Shown one piece after another: positions 32,532-40,041 of a stretch of 40,041 nucleotides of DNA; position 1 is the stretch's first letter; each line of letters starts with the position of its first letter. A model generated the notes under the pieces. The model searched no databases and was not told where the DNA came from. It saw only the letters and a list, made by a program, of their open reading frames with translations. A program made the position numbers and the translations under genes. Source of the stretch: Macrostomum lignano (lineage: Eukaryota); contig NIVC01001889.1 in NCBI GenBank assembly GCA_002269645.1, forward strand, positions 1 through 40,041, given 5' to 3'.

Positions 32532-35500
32532 ATGAAGTTTATTGTAATTTTCAAAGCTGATAGACAGGTTGTTGAGGCAAACAAAGAGCATCTGATTCTC
32601 CCGGAAGAGTTGGAAAACTTGACAGACTCAGAGTGGCTTGCTTTGAAAGATAGCACTGAGAAATGGTTCTGCAAGGCACTCTACGAAGGGCAGCACTTTG
32701 CTGCAATTATTGTCCAGGTGAGCTTTTTTGTTTATAACTTTATATAGTTACAAGCTTAAGTTATCAACGAATTATTGATTTAATTACGACTGCCATTGAG
32801 ATTAGGGCCGATTTGAAAAAATAAAATTCACCAAATTGCTGCGCGTACAGACATTAACTACTAGCTGTCGCTGAAGTTCAGTAATTGAGCTCATTTATAC
32901 ACGCATTATAGACCTAATTATATTTCATTTTAGGTTGTGTTAGACGACTCTTTGGATTCACCGGCCCTTGCATTTGCTCGAGAATTAATCAAGAAAAAAA
33001 AGACGCTCAAGGATATTCTAGCTCTCGTGCTTCCACGAGTTTTTTGCAAGAGCGATCAGCGCCAGGCCCGTCGGTTGTATCAAGGAAGGGTGAGCTTCGT
33101 GTTTCTGAATGTCTCAGTGAATAGTGATAAATGAATTCGAGAAGAAGAAGGAGAAATACTATGCTTATTCAAATTAGACTAGAAGATTATACACTTTGAA
33201 TGTACTTAGACCAGAATCCAAATTAAATATTTTCACAGAACCTGTCCAGTGGCTCTGCGTCCGACACAGATCACTTCTGGGACGGCCGATCGACTGAGAA
33301 GCGGCGCCCGCAACTTCAGCTACCAAATCAACAACTGCCTGAGACATTAGCGACGCTGTGCCCGCTGCCTGCACACTTGATATCAGGCGGAAATCAGACG
33401 GAGCTTTTGGAAAGCGCTGCAGTGCAAGCGGAAGCGAAAGCGGCAGCGGAAGCAAAAGCGGCAGCGGAAGCGAAAGCGGCAGCGGAAGCGAAAGCGGCAG
33501 CGGAAGCGAAAGCGGCAGCGGAAGCGAAAGCGGCAGCGGAAGCGAAAGCGGCAGCGGAAGCAAAAGCGGCAGCGGAAGCGAAAGCGGCAGCGGAAGCGAA
33601 AGCGGCAGCGGAAGCAAAAGCGGCAGCGGAAGCGAAAGCGGCAGCGGAAGCGAAAGCGGCAGCGGAAGCAAAAGCGGCAGCGGAAGCGAAAGCGGCAGCG
33701 GAAGCAAAAGCGGCAGCGGAAGCGAAAGCGGCAGCGGAAGCGAAAGCGGCAGCGGAAGCGAAAGCGGCAGCGGAAGCAAAAGCGGCAGCGGAAGCGAAAG
33801 CGGCAGCGGAAGCGAAAGCGGCAGCGGAAGCGAAAGCGGCAGCGGAAGTGGAAGCGGATGAGGAAGCAATCACAATAATTGAAGCTGCAGTGATGGCTCC
33901 ATGGGTCGAAGAGGCAGCAGCCGCAGACATCTCAGCTGTCCCAAAGCCTTCAGTATTTGGCTTCGGGCCAAGTCCGGTACACGTGCTTCAGCGGCAGATT
34001 CAGTCGGTGGTCGACTTTCCTTTAGAAAGTATTCGTGGAATCCTCTTCGTGCAGCTGTCACTTCTCCGCGAACAAATGGTGAAAAACAGTAAATTGGAAG
34101 CCCAACAAAAGCGCTGCCTAGAAGAACTGGCGTCAATTCGCGCAGAGCTGCACCTGCACCGTCAGTCGACAGCACCGGCTCCACGTTCACCACAGTTCTG
34201 GCCCATCAGTAGCTGGCAAGCGTATGTGGAGTTCGTTGAGTTGCAGCCAACAGAGATGCTTTCAGAAATGGTAAGTTTTGAGCCAGATATTTCAAGCAGA
34301 TTTTAATCTTAGACTCAAGTTTAGTCCTCAATATTTATATCACCCCTCTACGAGCGTATTAATTACCTCATTTTAATCTCAACCTCAATTTAGCTAAATT
34401 ATCGTATTTTTGTCTCATTTTTTTCAATTTCTGCACCCCTCTATGTTAGACTCGTCTGTTTCATTCTCTTTGCACTCTCCCTGACGACAAGTGACAACAC
34501 AATCTCAGATAATCACGGATTCAACTATTACTTGTCAACCATATCCGTTGTTTCTGTCATTATAGAAAACTCTGCTTCTTCTCGCTAAGCGGTCGACAGT
34601 GTCAGAGACAGTTCGGACGATGATGGACTCCTGTTTGACTCCCGACCTACAGGCAGCTGTCAACTTCAACGGAAGAGATATGCAGAGTCGAGCTCGTCTG
34701 GCAGGAGCTAACACAGCTTTGACTGATCAGCATCTGGGCTTTAAAGTAATACTCCTGAATTATTTTCAAGGTGAGAATCATTTCATTATGCAATATCATG
34801 AGCTTTATGAGACCACTCAAGCGGCATTCAAATAATTCTTAAATAACTTCGCAGAATTTTCATGCTGCAAATTTTCGTAAATCTGAAAAATAAACTTAAA
34901 CATGAACTGACTCCTAAATCAGCTACTGTTAGTAGAAATGTAATATTATCTAATACCTTAAGAGTTGGAATTTTTCCTAAATCTATCTATAAAACTATAA
35001 CACACGCAGATGCCATCACGAGCTTATATGCTTTGGACGAAGCCAAGCCAACACCGGCTAAGGTGCATGATATATGCAAAGACCTGTTGCACCGCGGTAC
35101 GGACCGTTTAAAAAAGCGGCGTCACCGAGCAAGCCTGGCCAGAGACCCAGCGGGCACATCTACAGCGGCTGCAGCGGCATATGTCTCTCCAGCTTCAACG
35201 GTAATGACACCAGCTGCTGGTGCATTTTCATCGCATCCCGTATCTGCTACAGCCACTACACCAGCAACCCCAACTCGACATCGGATCCACGCCACTGCTC
35301 ACCAGGCGTCCAGCGCAACTGCAGCACCGGTGGACAGCAGAAAGCGTTCAGCATGTGGTGCAGGTGGGCATGGGTCACAGAAGAATCAGCGTCAGTCGAT
35401 TGAACGCTTCGCCTATTCCCAGCAGGCCGACAATGTCCCGGACGATGACCAGAATTGCACTAGCTCTAGCGACAGTGATGCAGAAAATTTGATGGATGAA

Positions 35501-35536
35501 TTAAGAGGAAATAGACAGAAATTGTTTCGACTGTGA
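32532..35536 (+). CDS. EnSpm second gene (TnpA-like, DUF4806-like C-terminal region); join(32532..32717,32934..33089,33239..34270,34566..34770,35010..35536), 701 aa
   Basis: All four introns are GT-AG with matching phases (0,0,0,1); total 2106 nt open. VRTMMDSCLTPDLQAAVNFNGR...FKVILL...DLLHRGTDRLKKRR resembles DUF4806-type ORF2 proteins of animal EnSpm elements. Confidence 0.75.
33428..33841 (+). repeat. Coding 18-bp tandem repeat gcggaagcgaaagcggca x23 (AEAKAA)
   Basis: 414 bp = 23 exact-length units; only a synonymous GCG/GCA variant differs. Confidence 0.95.
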
Positions 35537-35579
35537 AAGCAGGGTTAGATAATGTTTTGTCCTTAATTTCACTTCGCTT

Positions 35580-36104
35580 CAGGGGCGTAGTCAGAGGGGG
35601 GCAAGGGGGCCGTGGCCCCCCCCCAATCACCAACTCTGGCCTTGGCGCCCCCCCCTAAAAGAAACTGGCGCCCCCCCCCCTAAAAGAAACTGGCGCCCCC
35701 CCCTCTAAAAGAAACTGGCACCCCCCCTAAAAGAAACTGGCGCCCCCCTCTAAAAGAAACTGGCGCTCCCCCTCTAAAAGAAACTGGCGCCCCCCTCTAA
35801 AAGAAACTGGCGCCCCCCCCTAAAAGAAACTGGCGCCCCCCTATAAGAAACTGGCGCCCCCCTAAAAGAAACTGGCGCCCCCCTAAAAGAAACTGGCGCC
35901 CCCCTAAAAGAAACTGGCGCCCCCCCTATAAGAAACTGGCGCCCCCCCCCTATAAGAAACTGGCGCCCCCCTAAAAGAAACTGGCGCCCCCCCCCTATAA
36001 GAAACTGGCGCTCCCCCCCTAAAAGAAACTGGCGCCCCCTATAAGAAGCTGGCGCCCCCTAACTCACGGCCCCCCCCCAATCAAAATTCCTGGCTACGCC
36101 CCTG
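35580..36104. mobile_element. Non-autonomous hAT-type element (525 bp) with an internal taaaagaaactggcgccccc array
   Basis: Perfect 11-bp TIR CAGGGGCGTAG / CTACGCCCCTG; 8-bp TSD cttcgctt at 35572-35579 and 36105-36112. Confidence 0.92.
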
Positions 36105-36567
36105 CTTCGCTTTGATATGGATTGGTAGATAGTAACATTTAAATATGCGTTTTTGGCATCTGTGTTCTATTTATATCATTATTCAACATTAAAATCTGAT
36201 GCTAATCTTAATAATCATTTTAAAATGCGCTACCTTCTTAGCTTAGCTCCTTGATGTTATTAACGGAGCATAGCCCTTTTCAGTTTTATTAATTATGAAC
36301 AGTCACTTTAGAAAATGTAACTGTAACTGTAAGATATCAAAATGATATCAGATTTAAATCGCAAAACTACAATTCCGTTTACAAATTAGGTGAATACAAA
36401 TTTACGTATTACTTAACCATGAATCGTGGCAGTGTTTCCAGTATGGAAAATAAAGCGATTGTCCATTTTATATTTCTGATATTATACCTGATTTTCTAAT
36501 AATGACTATCTTTGAATCTTAGGAAATTGTAGGCTGCAGTTAACATTAAAATAAAAATTCATTTGAA

Positions 36568-36656
36568 GCAGCAGGGCGGGGGAGCAGCAGGGCGGGGGAG
36601 CAGCAGGGCGGGGGAGCAGCAGGGCGGGGGAGCAGCAGGGCGGGGGAGCAGCAGGG
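36568..36656. repeat. 16-bp G-rich tandem repeat gcagcagggcggggga (5.5 copies)
   Basis: Identical direct copies. Confidence 0.9.
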
Positions 36657-36889
36657 TGCAGGCTGGGATCCATTAGTATGGCCCGTGAATACATATACCG
36701 GTATTTACTTACTTCCTACTATAAGTAGAATAAATAGGATATCCCGTTATTATTTATTCGACTGTCGAAAGGGCGCAGGGTAAACGTAGTTGCCCTGACT
36801 GGACAAATTGTGCGCCAGGGCGCTAGACGCGCATCGAAGGGGCGTAGGATAAAATGTATAGTGGGGCGTATATGAATTGCTCCACTGGG

Positions 36890-37125
36890 TACATGACGCT
36901 TCGATTTTTTTACATGACTCTTCTATGGTTTTTTACATGACGCTTCTATGATTGTTTACATGACGCTTCAATGATTCTTTAAATGACGCATTTATGATTT
37001 TTATATGACGCTTCTATGATTTTTTAAATGACGCTTCTACGATTTTTTACATGACGCTTCTATGATTTTTTAAATGACGCTTCTACGATTTTTTACATGA
37101 CGCTTCTATGATTTTCACATGACGG
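36890..37125. repeat. catgacgc minisatellite, right remnant after the EnSpm insertion
   Basis: Resumes in register with the left part. Confidence 0.9.
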
Positions 37126-37189
37126 TTCTTTTTAAAAAGTCTTTTAGTTTTCCTGACGTTGAAAAGCTTTAATTAAAAAAATTATACAC

Positions 37190-37254
37190 TATGAAAATTC
37201 GAACCATCGTCGCTGCATTTAGCAGTTCAATTTGTTCACCTCTAGGCTAGCTCT
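37190..37254 (-). pseudogene. Second degenerate tRNA-Ser-derived segment (Helitron unit B)
   Basis: Minus strand tagcctagaggtg...gaactgctaaat...ggttcgaatt; same position relative to the element 5' end as 17760..17822. Confidence 0.5.
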
Positions 37255-37750
37255 CATCGTTTTGATATCATCAAATTTTTCACTTATATAATTCAACACT
37301 CTAAAATCCAAGCATAGAGTAAATCACTCGAAGCAGTTATGACATAATCAGTTTCTCAGTCAGTCAGTATCAGTTAACAATATGGTTACGCAATTTAAAC
37401 CAAGTCTGGTGCTACGCTTCCACACTGCATTTTCAATTCAAGTCGAAGTTACAATTCAGTTATGATGCAATCTATTTCAGAATCAGAATTCAACCAGTCA
37501 GTTTTTTTCTCTAGCATTCTTACGAGCTACAATACATTTCAAGTCGAAAAGTTTGCTTGACCTTTGCAAAAAAGCATGTTTTTCGAATATTTAATGCCTT
37601 TAGCATCGAGCAATTTCTTAGCCACGATGCATGTACAGTCACGGGAAAATTTCTGATCGAACAGTGCAAGTTCGAACAAAATCGGTCCAGCCATTTTTTC
37701 TCTAATCGATCACATAGACACAGACAGACCATTTTTAGTATATAGGAGGA

Positions 37751-40041
37751 CTAGCAATCTAGCGCCCCCCTTCGGGGTGGCCAATAAGCAAGGGACGAAT
37801 CCTTTAAAATGAAAAAAAATTCTTAGGGAGGGGGGCTAGGAATCGAATTCTCATTTTAATTCCAGGCTTATGTACCAATAAAACATGTTTGTGCAGAATT
37901 TTATAACAGACATTGAAATTCAACCATACTTGCCTTCTTTCAGAGCTACTTCTACCAGTATGCTTCAGTACGCTACCAGTACCCTTGTAAGCCTTGACAT
38001 GTCAGCAATCCCCCCCCACAAGCCTTAACATATCAACTCCCCCCTTGACATCTCAGCAATGCTCCCATAAGCCTTGAAATCTTAAAAAATCTGTCTACTT
38101 TCTAACCCTAACCCTAACCCTAACCCTAAAGCATTGAAATTTCAGTAATTCTCTCTAAGAGTCTATAGCACTACTACAGCATTATAGCGATTCCCTGCAA
38201 GCCTCGACATCGTAGGGATTCCCAAATTAATCTCTTAACTTTGACATGAAGCTTCTTTTTTTTACATTACGCTTTTTCTATCAGCGATCCCTCCCATGAG
38301 GAGCCAACAAATAATGTAATAACTTTTTTCCAATAAACTACATGTAGCTTCTGACATTAGCCTTGACATCTCATTTATTCCCCCGTGAGCCTTGACATCT
38401 CAGCTATAGATAGATAGATAGATAGATTCCCCTCGTAAGCCTTGACATGTCAGCGATGCCCCCATAAACCTTGAAATCTAAAAATCCCCTGTTAACCTTG
38501 AAACGCGCTAAAATCTAACCCTCAACCCAAACCTGACGTAAACCTAACTTTCACCCAACCTAAAGCCTTGAAATCACAGCAATTCTTCTTCCCTAAGCCT
38601 TGGCATTTAAGTGATTCCTTCTTTAAGAATCACAGCACTATAACGATTCCCTCCAAGCTTTGACATCGTAGCAATTCCCAAATGAATCTTTTAACTTTGA
38701 CATGACTTTTATTTTATGTATACATAGTGCTCCTTTTATTTTTACATGACTCTTCTTCTATCAGCGCCCCCCCCCACCGTGGCAAGCCAACAAAGAATGC
38801 AATAAAAAAACTTAAGTAAAGTACATGTACTTTGAAGTAGCTTCTGACTTTTGCTTTAACATCTCAGAAACCCCCCTGTAATCTCAGTTATTCTCTGTGA
38901 GCCTTGACGTCTCAGTGATTCTCCCAGCACAGCACAATAGCTTCATTTAATTTTTACATGACACTTCTTTCATGTCTGACATGACGCTTCTTTTGATTTT
39001 TACGTTACGCTTCTTTTATTCTTCCATGATGCTTCTTCATTTTTTAAATGACACTTCCGTTAGTTTTTATATGAGGCTTCTATAATTTTTTCATGACGCT
39101 TCTATGTTAACATGACGCTTCTATGCTTGTTTACATGACGCTTTTATGATTGTTTACATGACGCTTCTATGATTGTTTACATGACGCTTGTATGATTGTT
39201 TACATGACGCTTCTATGATTTTTTAAATGACGCTTCTATGATTTTTAAATGACGCTTCTACGATTTTTACATGACGCTTCTATGTTTACATGACGCTTCT
39301 ATGATTTTTCTACATGACGTTTCTATGATTTTTTACATGACGCTTCTATGATTGTTTACATGACGCTTCTATGATTGTTTACATGACGCTTCTATACTTT
39401 TTTACATGACGCTTGTATGATTTTTTTACATGACGCTTCTATGATTTTTTACATGACGCTTCTATGATTGTTTACAGGACGCTTCTATGATTGTTTACAT
39501 GACGCTTCTATGACTTTTTTACATGACGCTTCTATGATTGTTTACATGACGCTTCTATGATTTTTTAAATGACGCTTCTATGATTTTTATATGACGCTTC
39601 TACGATTGTTTACATGACGCTTTTATGATTGTTTACATGACGCTTCTATACTTTTTTACATGACGCTTGTTTGATTTTTTACATGACGCTTCTATGATTT
39701 TTATATGACTCTTCTATGGTTTTTTACATGACGCTTCTATGATTATTTACATGACGCTTCGATTTTTTTACATGACTCTTCTATGGTTTTTTACATGACG
39801 CTTCTATGATTGTTTACATGACGCTTCAATGATTCTTTAAATGACGCATTTATGATTTTTATATGACGCTTCTATGATTTTTTAAATGACGCTTCTACGA
39901 TTTTTTACATGACGCTTCTATGATTTTTTAAATGACGCTCTACGATTTTTACATGACGCTTCTATGATTTTCACATGACGGTTCTTTTTAAAAAGTCTTT
40001 TAGTTTTCCTGACGTTGAAAAGCTTTAATTAAAAAATATAC
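37751..40041 (-). mobile_element. Non-autonomous Helitron-like unit C (5' end beyond the window)
   Basis: cccc-gaa-gggg hairpin plus CTAG at 37751-37754; ~37990..38960 is homologous to ~18830..19800; the window end matches 37118..37190. Confidence 0.7.
38950..39980. repeat. catgacgc ~22-bp minisatellite in Helitron unit C (empty-site version of the unit B array)
   Basis: Same unit and the same variant blocks as 19790..21075. Confidence 0.95.

Larger units (their letters stand above)
21076..36889. mobile_element. 15,814-bp EnSpm/CACTA (CMC) transposon, apparently full length
   Basis: Termini CCCAGTGGtGCA / TGCtCCACTGGG (12 bp, 1 mismatch); TA on both flanks (21074-75, 36890-91). Removing the element restores satellite sequence seen uninterrupted at ~20790 and ~39740. 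Contains transposase and TnpA-like genes. Confidence 0.9.
18304..37750 (-). mobile_element. Non-autonomous Helitron-like unit B (~3.6 kb net), interrupted by the EnSpm element
   Basis: 3' cccc-aac-gggg hairpin plus CTAG at 18304-18307; 5' TCCTCCTATATACTAAAAATGG starting at 37750; abuts unit A and unit C head-to-tail. Confidence 0.7.

Noticed and set aside
33174-33930. LPLPLS, GSGSES and AAAFAS ORFs
   Set aside because: Alternative frames of the 18-bp repeat; only the AEAKAA frame joins spliced exons in phase.

Overview
Repeat-rich eukaryotic (animal-like) genomic DNA with spliced GT-AG genes; nothing here looks prokaryotic. The minisatellite-stuffed introns and TTAGGG motifs recall flatworm genomes such as Macrostomum, but that assignment is only a guess. 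From left to right: (1) the last three coding exons of a TMEM8/PGAP6/myomaker-family gene on + (<2..64, 1161..1424, 2115..2762); (2) a long-TIR MITE, a two-exon Crypton-type tyrosine recombinase bracketed by inverted GGCAATGRC motifs, and a CACTA-ended MITE; (3) N-terminal ectodomain exons of a second TMEM8-like copy on - (about 12.5 to 8.1 kb), with no recognisable EGF or transmembrane exons downstream; (4) at least three head-to-tail non-autonomous Helitron-like units on - (16086..18303, 18304..37750, 37751..>40041), each with internal minisatellites and, where visible, a tRNA-Ser-derived segment; (5) a 15,814-bp EnSpm/CACTA element (21076..36889; CCCAGTGG termini, TA duplication) inserted in the second Helitron's satellite. 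It carries a ~5-kb 185-bp satellite, an open 653-aa transposase ORF, a divergent five-exon TnpA-like gene with 23 AEAKAA repeats, and a nested hAT MITE. Most listed ORFs over repeats are artefacts. All homology calls come from motifs recalled and aligned by eye, not from database searches.
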